Shown here: in pieces, positions 37,174 through 47,169 of the stretch
How positions within the stretch are numbered: the first letter of the stretch is position 1
Layout: each line of letters opens with the position of its first letter
Origin: Candidatus Saccharimonadota bacterium
GTDB lineage: Bacteria > Patescibacteriota > Saccharimonadia > Saccharimonadales > Saccharimonadaceae
Direction of reading: 5' to 3'
NCBI GenBank assembly: GCA_905372495.1
Contig: CAJPPG010000001.1
Location: forward strand, 1 to 63,840
DNA: 63,840 nucleotides
Notes under the pieces: generated by a model
Databases searched by the model: none
What the model was told of the DNA's origin: nothing
What the model saw: the letters and a program-made list of their open reading frames with translations, nothing else
Position numbers and translations under genes: made by a program

Positions 37174-39549
37174 TCATTCATCTGTTTTTAGAGCTTTTAC
37201 CATATCAATTCTCTTAATTTTGGTTGCCACAACTTTTGATACTAAAATCGATAGCAATAAAATTCCACATGCCGATATTATGAATATTATATTTGGGATA
37301 AACGTTTGGATATCATAAGAATCGTCCACTGATACCTTATAGATATAGTCAGCTAGAAGATATCCTAGCGGCAGACCCAATATGCAGGAAATAATTGTTA
37401 TCTCGATATTTTGCCAAGTAAAAATTTTTGCAAGTTTCTGGTTAGGAAAACCAATCACCTTCATCGTAGCGAACTGGATCTCTTGTTCAAGAAAACTCAA
37501 AGCTCCCATATTGTAGATAATAACAATCCCTAAGATAATCGCTATGATAAGAACCCCAATGATTACAGTCAATATGTTATTTAAGATTTTTTTCAGATTG
37601 TCAGCAATCGTTTTCTTTGATTGAATATTTAAATATTCAATCAACTTATCATTTATTTCTGTTCGTTTTTCAAGATAAAAGATGCTCGGCTTATATTTTA
37701 GTCCTAAACTTTCATAATATCCTTTAGTAACCGTCAAATTTTGATTCTGTTGCTTTACTAGATAGGCAATGATTTTTGAGGTATAGACTTTTTCGCTACC
37801 AAGCATTCTCCAGTAAACCTCATCGCCAACTTTTAGGTTATAACGATCTGCTAGCTTTCTTGCTAAATAGACACCTTCATCTGTTAATTCTGTTGGTTTT
37901 CTTTCAATATCCAGATATTTAATTGCTTCTTTTGAATTATCTATAAATAAGTTTGAAGTTAGTAAAGTATTATTATCTCTATCTAGGACCTCGATTGCTT
38001 CTTGCTCAGCACTCTTCTTCAACTGTCCCTCTGTTTCGTGTACAATTTTTTGTCTAATATTAGGCGTCTGGAGTTTATCGTTATTGATTGTCGCCGTATA
38101 ATTAAAATTATTTATCGTATCTGTTTCTACATCTATAAAATTAGCCATAGAAGTATATAATCCAAACGACATAACAATTAGCGATACCGCCCCTGCTATT
38201 CCAATCAGAGTCGTAATAACTCGTCCTCTATTTCTAAGCATATCTCTAAGATTCCACCGCGTTGTAAAGCTAATTCTTGAGAAAAACTGCTTAGTTGTAA
38301 AACTCAAACTCTTTTTGCTCATTTTTGGTTGTTCAGTTCTTAATAGTTCTGTCGCATTTTGCCTTAGTATTCTCTTAGTCATCATAAAACAGACAAAACC
38401 TATAGTTGCTATAATCGCCAAATAAACAAACAAACTGTTAAAAGTCCTCACTGGCTCGCTTATAGGGGCTTCAAAAGACGACATTGTAATGTTTAGGAAA
38501 AATCTAGAAATTACCATCGGTCCGAGAATCATCCCCACAGCTCCACCAAGACAACTCAAAAATAAGCCGTAAGATATATAATGACAAGTAATCTGCCAGC
38601 CCGAAAACCCTAACGCTTTCAAGGTTCCGATCTTTGTACGATCGCGTATAATTAACCTAGTCATGGTGGTGGCAACAGATAAGATTGCAATAAGCACAAA
38701 GAAACCAGTAAATAAGCCAATAATACTGGACATTTCATCAATCTCGCCTTGAAAAACTTTCACTGTAGGCTCTTCGCGCATTTTTGAGACCACCCCTCTT
38801 TTTCCGAATTGGTTCTGAATTGCGTTCTTTGTCTGGTCAAGTCGACTAACATCTTTAGTTTTTACCATGATTTGGCTGTATAAATCGTCTCCTGTCTTAT
38901 ATTCCTTAAAGAAACTATCATAGTCTAAATAGATATAACCATTTTTTTCATAATCCGGAATAATCTCAGACTCATTTTTTGAAATATAAACATGGTCAGG
39001 AATGTAGATTATTCCAGCAATCTCTACCTCTTTTGGGATATTTTTGAAAGAAAAGACGATTTTATCTCCCACTGTTAGATTATTTCTTTTAGCAAAATAC
39101 ACATCCATCCAAGCTTTGTCTTTGGTATTTGAAAAACCTTGACCTGTTTTAATTTCAAATTTTGATAGATTATTTTGCTTGATAAAATTTACCTCAAGTT
39201 TATAATCAACTAAATTTGGATTCTGTTTTTTATTGTCAGCGTGGTTGCTAGCTTTATTTTTTCTTTTAAAATTCAAGACCTGTTCTTTGAGAGTCAGTTT
39301 CCCCTCCACTGTTTCGACATTTTCTATATTCTTTACCGCCTCGATATCTTTTTCTGATAGTGACCCTCGGATATTTAGGTCCTGCAATCTCCCATCATAA
39401 AATTGATTAATTTTTGTTTGCATCCCCTGTACGTAGCCATCAATACCACTATATACCGCAGTGCTTAGCAGCACCATCAGAAAAACCATCAAAAACTGAG
39501 TAAAATTCTTTTGTATATCCCTCACCATCTTCAAAAACAACATCACCAC
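37174..39549 (-). CDS. ABC transporter permease (FtsX/MacB-like, duplicated)
   Basis: Two IGTLKALG / FATMKVIG motifs and multiple TMs. Confidence 0.88.
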   Translation of the reverse strand: MVMLFLKMVRDIQKNFTQFLMVFLMVLLSTAVYSGIDGYVQGMQTKINQFYDGRLQDLNIRGSLSEKDIEAVKNIENVETVEGKLTLKEQVLNFKRKNKASNHADNKKQNPNLVDYKLEVNFIKQNNLSKFEIKTGQGFSNTKDKAWMDVYFAKRNNLTVGDKIVFSFKNIPKEVEIAGIIYIPDHVYISKNESEIIPDYEKNGYIYLDYDSFFKEYKTGDDLYSQIMVKTKDVSRLDQTKNAIQNQFGKRGVVSKMREEPTVKVFQGEIDEMSSIIGLFTGFFVLIAILSVATTMTRLIIRDRTKIGTLKALGFSGWQITCHYISYGLFLSCLGGAVGMILGPMVISRFFLNITMSSFEAPISEPVRTFNSLFVYLAIIATIGFVCFMMTKRILRQNATELLRTEQPKMSKKSLSFTTKQFFSRISFTTRWNLRDMLRNRGRVITTLIGIAGAVSLIVMSFGLYTSMANFIDVETDTINNFNYTATINNDKLQTPNIRQKIVHETEGQLKKSAEQEAIEVLDRDNNTLLTSNLFIDNSKEAIKYLDIERKPTELTDEGVYLARKLADRYNLKVGDEVYWRMLGSEKVYTSKIIAYLVKQQNQNLTVTKGYYESLGLKYKPSIFYLEKRTEINDKLIEYLNIQSKKTIADNLKKILNNILTVIIGVLIIAIILGIVIIYNMGALSFLEQEIQFATMKVIGFPNQKLAKIFTWQNIEITIISCILGLPLGYLLADYIYKVSVDDSYDIQTFIPNIIFIISACGILLLSILVSKVVATKIKRIDMVKALKTDE

Positions 39550-40235
39550 TCCACTTCGTCAATTTGTTTTTTATGACTGTTTTTTCGGTTAGTTTCAATC
39601 TGACCGTTTTTTAGGTGGATTACTCGGTCCGCAATTTCTGCGATTAATGCGTTATGCGTCACTATAATAACCGTAGTATCTTTATCTGTCTGTGCTTTTA
39701 AGAGTTTCAAAATTTGCACCCCAGTATCAGAGTCTAAGGCTCCAGTCGGTTCATCGCATAGTAAAATAGCCGGCTTTTTTACTACTGCACGCGCGATTGA
39801 AACTCGTTGTTGTTCTCCGCCAGATAACTCACTTGGAAATTTCTTTAGATGTCTGCCGAGTCCCACTGATTTCAATACTTCGATGGGGCTCTGTTTTAGT
39901 TTGATAATATCTCGCATAATTGATATATTTTCTTCAACAGTTAGGCTTGGTAAGATGTTATAAGATTGAAAGACAAAACCAATTTGTTCTGCACGGAATT
40001 TAGTTAGTTGCCTATCTGTAAATTTTGAAATATCAACTTGATTGACAACAATTTTGCCACTAGTCGGTCGGTCCATCCCTCCGAGTAGATTCAAAAGAGT
40101 TGACTTTCCAGCACCTGATGGACCCAGAATTACCACGAACTCTCCCTGATTAATTTCGAGATTAATCTTATCTAGAGCCCGATATTCGACTTCACCGGTT
40201 TTATATATTTTACTTACTTTCTCTAAAGAGATCAT
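39543..40235 (-). CDS. ABC transporter ATP-binding protein (LolD/MacB type)
   Basis: GPSGAGKST, LSGGEQQR, LCDEPTGALD. Confidence 0.95.
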   Translation of the reverse strand: MISLEKVSKIYKTGEVEYRALDKINLEINQGEFVVILGPSGAGKSTLLNLLGGMDRPTSGKIVVNQVDISKFTDRQLTKFRAEQIGFVFQSYNILPSLTVEENISIMRDIIKLKQSPIEVLKSVGLGRHLKKFPSELSGGEQQRVSIARAVVKKPAILLCDEPTGALDSDTGVQILKLLKAQTDKDTTVIIVTHNALIAEIADRVIHLKNGQIETNRKNSHKKQIDEVEW

Positions 40236-40565
40236 TTCTTTTCCTTACTTGCTCAAAAATTCATCGGATATTTGTAAGTTAATTATAATATAGATAATTC
40301 ACCTGACCAAATCTTTTGGGTTTTCTTTAATTAAAATTTTTCATCTCTATTAGATAGTATTATGATCATCAGAATCAGCTGGTATTGGTTTTTTAACTTA
40401 ACTTCTTTTATCATGTAAGACCTTTAAAAACTTGCAAGCTTGTATGAAGTTTGTTATAATCAAACTAGTCAATCTTACTTATTTTACAAACAAAACGAGA
40501 AAAATCATCAACCACCTTTTTGTTTGTTATTCTCTGTAAGTCTTATTATTTAATAAAAGGAAATC

Positions 40566-42815
40566 ATGAATAAACAAGAACAAGAAAGACGTGCCAGACT
40601 GATGAAGATGCAGGCTGAGCGCCTTCCGGAAATTAAGCGTCGTTTTGAAGAAAATCAAAATCGCACTAAAATTACAGATACTGCAGAGGTTGCAACTGGT
40701 GCTGCTGTAATTTTTGAACAGGCTCAAAAACGTAATTTTAATAGCAATTTCAAACCTGGCGGCAAAGATTATTCTACTCGCAATAAGAAAAAATCCAATT
40801 TCTCAGGCGATCAAAATAATTTTGATACGAGTGTTGCTAAGAATTTTGATCAACCAAAGGGGAAAAAGGGTAGTAAAGCCAAGGCTCCGAAAGCTAATAA
40901 AACGAACAAAAATGCTGAAATTGAGGATCGTAAGGTTAACCTCTCCGTCTCTACTAGACGCGGTGATATGGTTCACCATCAACGTATGCTCTCGCAGGAT
41001 GTCAACGCCCAGGCCACCCAACATATTATTGGTATTCCTGTAAACAAGTCTCGTTTTAACGGCTATAACGGTGCTCAGGTTACAAATGCCCAGCTCAAAT
41101 CGGCTCGTCCAGACCCTGAAGCTGTCCGTATTATTCCAATCGGTGGTTTAGGTGAATTCGGTATCGGTAAAAACATGACCGCTATCGAGTATAAAAGCGA
41201 GATTATTCTTATTGATATGGGCGTCTTGTTCGCCAGTGAAGATTATCCAGGTGTCAATTACATGGTGCCAGATATTAAATATCTCGAAGATAACATGGAC
41301 AGAATTAAGGCTATTCTCTTCACCCATGCCCACCTTGATCACATTGGTGCTTGTCGTCATCTTCTACCAAAATTCAATCCACTCACCCCTATTTATGCCA
41401 CCGATTTTACTATTGGCATGATTAAAAAACAGATGAGTGAGCTTGATGATCTTCCTGAGATGAATTACCAAGTTGTTGATCCATTCAAGCACGAAAAGCA
41501 TCAGGTTTCCGAGAATCTCAGTGTAGAATTTATCCATACTCTTCACTCCATCCCAGGTAACTGTGCCCTCGTGATTCGTACTCCCAATGGCGTTATTTAT
41601 CTTTCCGGTGACTGGCGCGCTGAAACAAACCCAATCGAGCGTCAAACTGATTTTGAACGCATCGATGAAATCGTGAAAAAAGAGGGAATTGCTCTCTTGA
41701 TCAATGAATCAACCAATATCGACTCCCCGGGCCACCACCCACATTCTGAATATGATGTTGGCGATAATATCGGTAAAGTCATGGATCATTACGCCAGCGG
41801 TCGCGTGATTATCTCCTGCTTCTCTTCACAGATCAATCGTATTGGTATGATTCTTGAGCAAGCCTATCAGCGTGGTCGTAAGGTTGCTTTCGCCGGATTC
41901 TCCATGATTAATAATATTGAGGTTGCTCTTCGCGCCAAGTGTATTAAGGTGCCAAAAGACACTGTTATGAAAATGGAAGATATTATCAAGCTTCCCGACG
42001 AGAAGATCACTATTGTCTGTACCGGCTCCCAGGGTGAGTTGAATGCTGTGCTTAATCGCATGGTCAGTGGTGCTCATAAATTTATTAAAATTAAGGCCTC
42101 TGATACTATCGTCTTTAGCTCTAATCCAATTCCAGGTAATGAACCTCATGTTGTTAACACTGTGGATGGATTATTGCGTGAGGGTGCTCAGGTTATTCAA
42201 AACGGCAAGACTCACCTCACTAATATCGGTCCGCTCCACCTCTCTGGCCACGCCTATTATGAAGACCATGTCGATTTTGTCACAAGGTTGCAACCAAAGA
42301 ACTATCTCCCATACCACGGTGAATTCTTCATGATGGAGCATAATGCCGAGATGGCCGAGAATGTCGTGGGTATTCCTCATGGAAATATTCTAGTTGCCGA
42401 TGATGGTGATGTTGTTGAATTATTACCAAATCAGACTATTCGAAAGAACGGCCGTATTCATGTTGGTAATAAGCTTTACGATGATGCCGATAAACCAGTC
42501 CATGAAGCCGTCGTTAAAGACCGTATTCATATTTCTCGTGAAGGTATTTTTATGATCGTCCTCACTCTCAGCAAGAAAACCGGTCGCCTCATTAAGACTC
42601 CGGATATCGTTTCTCGCGCCTTTATTTACCTGGATAACTCCGAGGAACTGATTGGTAAAATCCGTCACTACCTTCGCCTTAAGACTGAAAAATCCATCTC
42701 TTCTGACCCTGAACTCAAGGTCTTAAAGGATGAAATTAAGGAAGACATTACTCGTATTCTTTATGATGCCACTGGTCATACCCCAATTGTCATTCCAGTC
42801 ATCAATAAAGTTTAG
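40566..42815 (+). CDS. rnj: Ribonuclease J with an N-terminal extension
   Basis: IIPIGGLGE.GKNM, THAHLDHIG, TGSQGE, HLSGH. Confidence 0.94.
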   Translation: MNKQEQERRARLMKMQAERLPEIKRRFEENQNRTKITDTAEVATGAAVIFEQAQKRNFNSNFKPGGKDYSTRNKKKSNFSGDQNNFDTSVAKNFDQPKGKKGSKAKAPKANKTNKNAEIEDRKVNLSVSTRRGDMVHHQRMLSQDVNAQATQHIIGIPVNKSRFNGYNGAQVTNAQLKSARPDPEAVRIIPIGGLGEFGIGKNMTAIEYKSEIILIDMGVLFASEDYPGVNYMVPDIKYLEDNMDRIKAILFTHAHLDHIGACRHLLPKFNPLTPIYATDFTIGMIKKQMSELDDLPEMNYQVVDPFKHEKHQVSENLSVEFIHTLHSIPGNCALVIRTPNGVIYLSGDWRAETNPIERQTDFERIDEIVKKEGIALLINESTNIDSPGHHPHSEYDVGDNIGKVMDHYASGRVIISCFSSQINRIGMILEQAYQRGRKVAFAGFSMINNIEVALRAKCIKVPKDTVMKMEDIIKLPDEKITIVCTGSQGELNAVLNRMVSGAHKFIKIKASDTIVFSSNPIPGNEPHVVNTVDGLLREGAQVIQNGKTHLTNIGPLHLSGHAYYEDHVDFVTRLQPKNYLPYHGEFFMMEHNAEMAENVVGIPHGNILVADDGDVVELLPNQTIRKNGRIHVGNKLYDDADKPVHEAVVKDRIHISREGIFMIVLTLSKKTGRLIKTPDIVSRAFIYLDNSEELIGKIRHYLRLKTEKSISSDPELKVLKDEIKEDITRILYDATGHTPIVIPVINKV

Positions 42816-42838
42816 TCTTATATTCTTAAAAATAAAAC

Positions 42839-42870
42839 CAGAAGAAGCTACAAAAAAGTAGCTTCTTCTG
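42839..42870 (+). terminator. Hairpin after rnj
   Basis: CAGAAGAAGCTAC-aaaaaa-GTAGCTTCTTCTG. Confidence 0.65.
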
Positions 42871-42904
42871 TTATTTGATAGGTTATTAAGGTATAATAAG
42901 CCTA

Positions 42905-43624
42905 ATGTTTTCTAACCTATCTGGCAACCAGATCGAATCAATTATTCTGCAATTTGCCTATTATTTTCTATTGTTCATCCTCTATTCTTTTGGAGGCTGG
43001 ATCGTTGAATGTATTTGGACCTACTTAACGAAGCGTAAGCTCGAAAATCGTGGATTCCTCTTTGGTCCTATTTGCCCCATCTATGGTGTCGGCTCCTTGG
43101 TCTGCGTGCTCTCGATTGGTCCCCTCCGTTTGTCTTGGCCGTTGGAATTTTTATTAATGATTATTATCTGTAACTTAATTGAATATATCACTTCCGTTGT
43201 CTTGGAAAAAATCTACAATGTCCGTTGGTGGGACTATACAACTGTCTCGGTTCTACATCTTAATGGCCGCATTTCGCTCGAAACCTCGATTGGTTTTGGT
43301 GTGGGAGGCGTCTTTATTTTACATCTTGTACAGCCATTTTTCTCTCATCTTCTTGGTCCCCTAAGTCCCATACTTCTTTTGGTTATCTCTGGTCTACTCT
43401 TGATACTTTTTGCTGCCGACATCCTTTTATCTCTAATTGCTATCTCAAATATTAAAGGAGTCTTCAAAGGCGGAACTGTTGACCTGACTTCCGAAATTAA
43501 GCGTTTTAGTATTAATTATTATAAAAAAGCCTCAAGATTAAGTCGCCGTATTGCTCGTACCGCCATGCATCACGTAGGCAACGCTCAAAAAGAAGCCAAG
43601 AAGCGTGTAAAAAACAACCTTTAG
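42905..43624 (+). CDS. Membrane protein, putative ABC transporter permease (DUF1113-like)
   Basis: YSFGGWIVE, NRGFLFGPICPIYGVG, RWWDY...LNGRI. Confidence 0.8.
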   Translation: MFSNLSGNQIESIILQFAYYFLLFILYSFGGWIVECIWTYLTKRKLENRGFLFGPICPIYGVGSLVCVLSIGPLRLSWPLEFLLMIIICNLIEYITSVVLEKIYNVRWWDYTTVSVLHLNGRISLETSIGFGVGGVFILHLVQPFFSHLLGPLSPILLLVISGLLLILFAADILLSLIAISNIKGVFKGGTVDLTSEIKRFSINYYKKASRLSRRIARTAMHHVGNAQKEAKKRVKNNL

Positions 43625-43662
43625 TTCTAAACCATTCAAGAAATAAGCCTTTCTCTAAGTCT

Positions 43663-45213
43663 TTAATCTAAGTAATAAGTATTTAATTCCTCCTCCTCTC
43701 GTAGTTCTAGGATAAATGGCGATTCCTTCTCCTGTACCGTCAAGAAAAGAATCCTCTTGCGAGCTCTTGTCATCGTTACATAGAATAATCTTCTTTCCTC
43801 ACTAAATTTTTCGCACTTTCTTTTATTCATTTTTCTTTGCTCTAATTTCTGGATAGCCACTTCTCTCACTATGCGAAAAATTTCATTCTCTTTCATTCTA
43901 CTTGGAAAGCCTAAGACTGTGTTACGACAGTTAATAATCAATACATAATCTGCCTGTAGCCCTTTTGATTTATGCGCACTTAAAAAACTTATTCTTAGAT
44001 CTGGTCTTTCATGCATAGAGATTAATACTTTCTCTTCGTTTATTTCAAAAGATAAAAATTCACACCGTGATATTTTTTTAATATCAAAATTATAACGTCC
44101 GATTAGAAAAACACTAGCATGCTCTGGTATATTTAGGAAGAAAAAATAAAGGGAATTAAGGTCGGTTCTCTCGGAAGGGCCATTAATCTCCACAATTTGG
44201 TCTTTGTCGTAAACCAGTGCTCCGCGAATCTGTTTTCTTAGCTGTGTGCGATCCTGCATGATGAATTTTCCAGAGAGCTTCGCAAGTTTTTCCGGAAAAC
44301 GATAGGTCTGTTCAATTTTGAATCTCGAAGTCTCACCCCAACACTTTTCAAAATTTAAAATCAAACTGATTTCGCTGCCAGCAAATTGGTAAATTGTTTG
44401 CCAGTCATCCCCAACGCAGAATAATTTAAAAGCCCGCAGCTCTCTTAAACTTCGTATTAATAAATATTCAAGCGGTGATATATCTTGGTATTCATCAATA
44501 ATTACGTAATCATAGGTATATATAGGATTAATGCGACTTGTAGCTTCTTCCAGGAGTCCAGCAAAATCAATACTGTGATTTTCCTTTAGATGTTCTTCAT
44601 ATTGACTAGCAAGAATTTCCAGCTCCTCTAATTGGGCGAGATCTTGATTCAAGTCCTCTTTTTGCCAAAAATGACAGAACTTTTTCTGTAACCCCTCTCT
44701 AATTTCAGCAAAATTAACGTGATAGTTACGTACTAATGAATATAGATGGTCTATATCATCAATTTTTTCTTCCGGCAAGTCAGAGTGTGATGATTTTAAA
44801 AACGATTCAAGCCCAGATTCTTCAAGTTGTCTTCCCAAGAGTCTGCCTTTGATTATCTTTAGCGCTAAGCTATGAAAAGTTTCTACCTCAATAAAATCTT
44901 TCGGGTGATATATTTTAAAAATCAAATCATCCTGCAGAATCTCAGCTAAAATACGTTCCTCAAGTTCAACTCTCGAAGCATGAGTGAAAGATACTGCTAA
45001 AATTTTTGGCGGCGGTGTATTTTCTTTTTCCGATCGCCATTTATTTAAAATCCATTTGATTTTTCCGATAATTGTCGTTGTTTTGCCAGTCCCAGCCCCT
45101 GCAATCACCAAAGTATTTTGTGTATCATTCTCGATACTCGCTATCTGTTGTTGATCAAGCCAATATCCTTCCACGAACCTATAATCAAGTTTATTTCCCA
45201 TATAACCTCCCAT
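43663..45213 (-). CDS. UvrD/Rep-family helicase (helicase IV-like)
   Basis: AGAGTGKT, IIDEYQDIS, VGDDWQTIYQFAG, HKSKGLQAD, EERRLFYVTMTRAR. Confidence 0.88.
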   Translation of the reverse strand: MGGYMGNKLDYRFVEGYWLDQQQIASIENDTQNTLVIAGAGTGKTTTIIGKIKWILNKWRSEKENTPPPKILAVSFTHASRVELEERILAEILQDDLIFKIYHPKDFIEVETFHSLALKIIKGRLLGRQLEESGLESFLKSSHSDLPEEKIDDIDHLYSLVRNYHVNFAEIREGLQKKFCHFWQKEDLNQDLAQLEELEILASQYEEHLKENHSIDFAGLLEEATSRINPIYTYDYVIIDEYQDISPLEYLLIRSLRELRAFKLFCVGDDWQTIYQFAGSEISLILNFEKCWGETSRFKIEQTYRFPEKLAKLSGKFIMQDRTQLRKQIRGALVYDKDQIVEINGPSERTDLNSLYFFFLNIPEHASVFLIGRYNFDIKKISRCEFLSFEINEEKVLISMHERPDLRISFLSAHKSKGLQADYVLIINCRNTVLGFPSRMKENEIFRIVREVAIQKLEQRKMNKRKCEKFSEERRLFYVTMTRARKRILFLTVQEKESPFILELREEEELNTYYLD

Positions 45214-45232
45214 AAAATCTTAATTTGTATCT

Positions 45233-45256
45233 AAAAAAGAACACCAATGGTGTTCT
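45233..45256 (-). terminator. Orphan minus-strand terminator
   Basis: AGAACACC-aat-GGTGTTCT preceded by an A run (U-tract on the minus strand). Confidence 0.45.
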
Positions 45257-45377
45257 GCGTCATCTTTATAGTACGTCTAGTGACATTCTCTGATCCACTG
45301 AACGCTATTATTATAATAACATTTTTTGTCCATTCCAAGCCATCCAGTTATATATGGTAAAATACGAAGTATAGAAT

Positions 45378-46451
45378 ATGATACATCCGTCAAAAATTAA
45401 GCCTGGCGATACTGTCGGTGTAGTCTGTTTATCTAGTGGTGTTCTTGGCGAGCCATTTGTTAGACATGAACGAAAATTGCTAGAAGAGCGTTTAGTCCAG
45501 ATGGGCTTAAAATATAAATACATGACAAATTCCCTTAAAGGAGAAGAATATTTAAAAGAGCATCCAGAAAAGAGGGTCGAAGATCTAAGAGAAGCTCTTC
45601 TAGATGATGAAGTTGATATAATTTGGTCAGCATTAGGCGGTGACGATACTTATAGAACCTTGCCTTTCTTGATGAATTCGGATTTTAAGGAAATTGTAAT
45701 AAAACATCCAAAACCATTTCTCGGGTTTTCAGATACAACTAACAACCATCTAATGTTCTATCAGCTGGGTCTTGCAACTTTTTATGCTCCTGCACTCTTG
45801 TCCGATATTGCAGAGTTGGGCCCAGAAATCTTTCCTTATACCAAACAATGGTTAAACAAACTTTTTACGAATGAAAAGAATATTGAGATTAAATCTAGTC
45901 CAGTTTGGTATGAAGCTAGAACCGCTTTCGACGAAAGTCAGCTTGGCACAGAGAGGAGAAAAAGACAGGAAAAATATGGCCATGAATATATTTATGGTTC
46001 GGGAGTCATTCAAGGCAAATTGCTTGGTGGATGCTTAGATAGTCTCTATGAAATGTTAGCCGGCGGTAGATATGCAGATCAAAGTGAGGTTTATCAGCAG
46101 TATAAAATCTTCCCAGCTAAGGAGCAGTGGAAAGATAAGGTGGTTTTTCTTGAAACTAGTGAAGAAAGACCTGAGCCCGAAAAACTCAAGGAAATGCTAA
46201 AAACCCTGGAAAGTCATGGAATATTTGATGTTAGTCGTGCTCTTATAATTGGCAAGCCGCAAGATGAGGTTTATTATCACGAGTATAGAAAAATATACCA
46301 AGATCTCGCAGAAAAGCATAAATTACCTACTGTATATAATTTGAATTTTGGTCATACAGCTCCACGACTAGTCATACCTTTTGATATGCCACTTGAGATT
46401 GACTTTGATAATAAAAAAATCACCCTCACAGATGGAGTGATAAAGAGTTAG
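45378..46451 (+). CDS. S66 family peptidase (LD-carboxypeptidase/MccF-like)
   Basis: GGDD, FLGFSDTT, LLGGC, FLETSEE, FGHT. Confidence 0.92.
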   Translation: MIHPSKIKPGDTVGVVCLSSGVLGEPFVRHERKLLEERLVQMGLKYKYMTNSLKGEEYLKEHPEKRVEDLREALLDDEVDIIWSALGGDDTYRTLPFLMNSDFKEIVIKHPKPFLGFSDTTNNHLMFYQLGLATFYAPALLSDIAELGPEIFPYTKQWLNKLFTNEKNIEIKSSPVWYEARTAFDESQLGTERRKRQEKYGHEYIYGSGVIQGKLLGGCLDSLYEMLAGGRYADQSEVYQQYKIFPAKEQWKDKVVFLETSEERPEPEKLKEMLKTLESHGIFDVSRALIIGKPQDEVYYHEYRKIYQDLAEKHKLPTVYNLNFGHTAPRLVIPFDMPLEIDFDNKKITLTDGVIKS

Positions 46452-46536
46452 AGCTTACATTCTTAGTAAAAGTATTAGATTTACGTAATTTTCATCTATA
46501 CCATAATCTTCACTCGGTAAGGTATAATATTAACTA

Positions 46537-47034
46537 ATGTCCGTTATCGTAAAAGAATATTCAACGAAACTTATCGAGCGCTTCATACAAGAGAAGTGTC
46601 GCTTGTCCAAACTTTTGCCTATCAACATAAAAATTGAACATGTTGGCAGTAGTGCCGTTTTTATCGGCGGCAAAAATATAATCGATATTCTTATCGGAGT
46701 TCCAAAACACGAAGATATGATTTCTATAAAAAACATTTTAATAAAAAATGGATATTTTGAAGGGCATGACAGCCACGAGGATCGAATTTTTCTAGCAAGT
46801 ACCAAAGAAGAAACGGGTGAGGGTGATTTTCATATTCATATTTGTCCGATCAAAGAAGAATCTTATGAGAGTTTTATTATTTTACGTAACTTTCTTAAAA
46901 ATAACCCAGAAAAAGCACAAGAATACTTAAAGAAAAAATACGAATTTGCAAAAGAAGCTAATTTTGATCGCAAAAAATACAAAGCCTTGAAATCGGTCTA
47001 CGTGTCGGAATTATTGACAGAAGCAAAAAAATAG
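46537..47034 (+). CDS. GrpB family nucleotidyltransferase-like protein
   Basis: IEHVGSSAV, KNIIDILIGV, HIHI, LRNFL...Y..KK. Confidence 0.88.
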   Translation: MSVIVKEYSTKLIERFIQEKCRLSKLLPINIKIEHVGSSAVFIGGKNIIDILIGVPKHEDMISIKNILIKNGYFEGHDSHEDRIFLASTKEETGEGDFHIHICPIKEESYESFIILRNFLKNNPEKAQEYLKKKYEFAKEANFDRKKYKALKSVYVSELLTEAKK

Positions 47035-47169
47035 GCCTCTCTTAATAGATACCGATGCCAACGACATAGAAAGTATGAGTAAAATCTGATATAATATAGA
47101 TATAACCCTAATGTTTAGTGTAATTCTCAGGTAGGAGAGGTTTATGGGGAGTAAAAGGATAGGACATAT

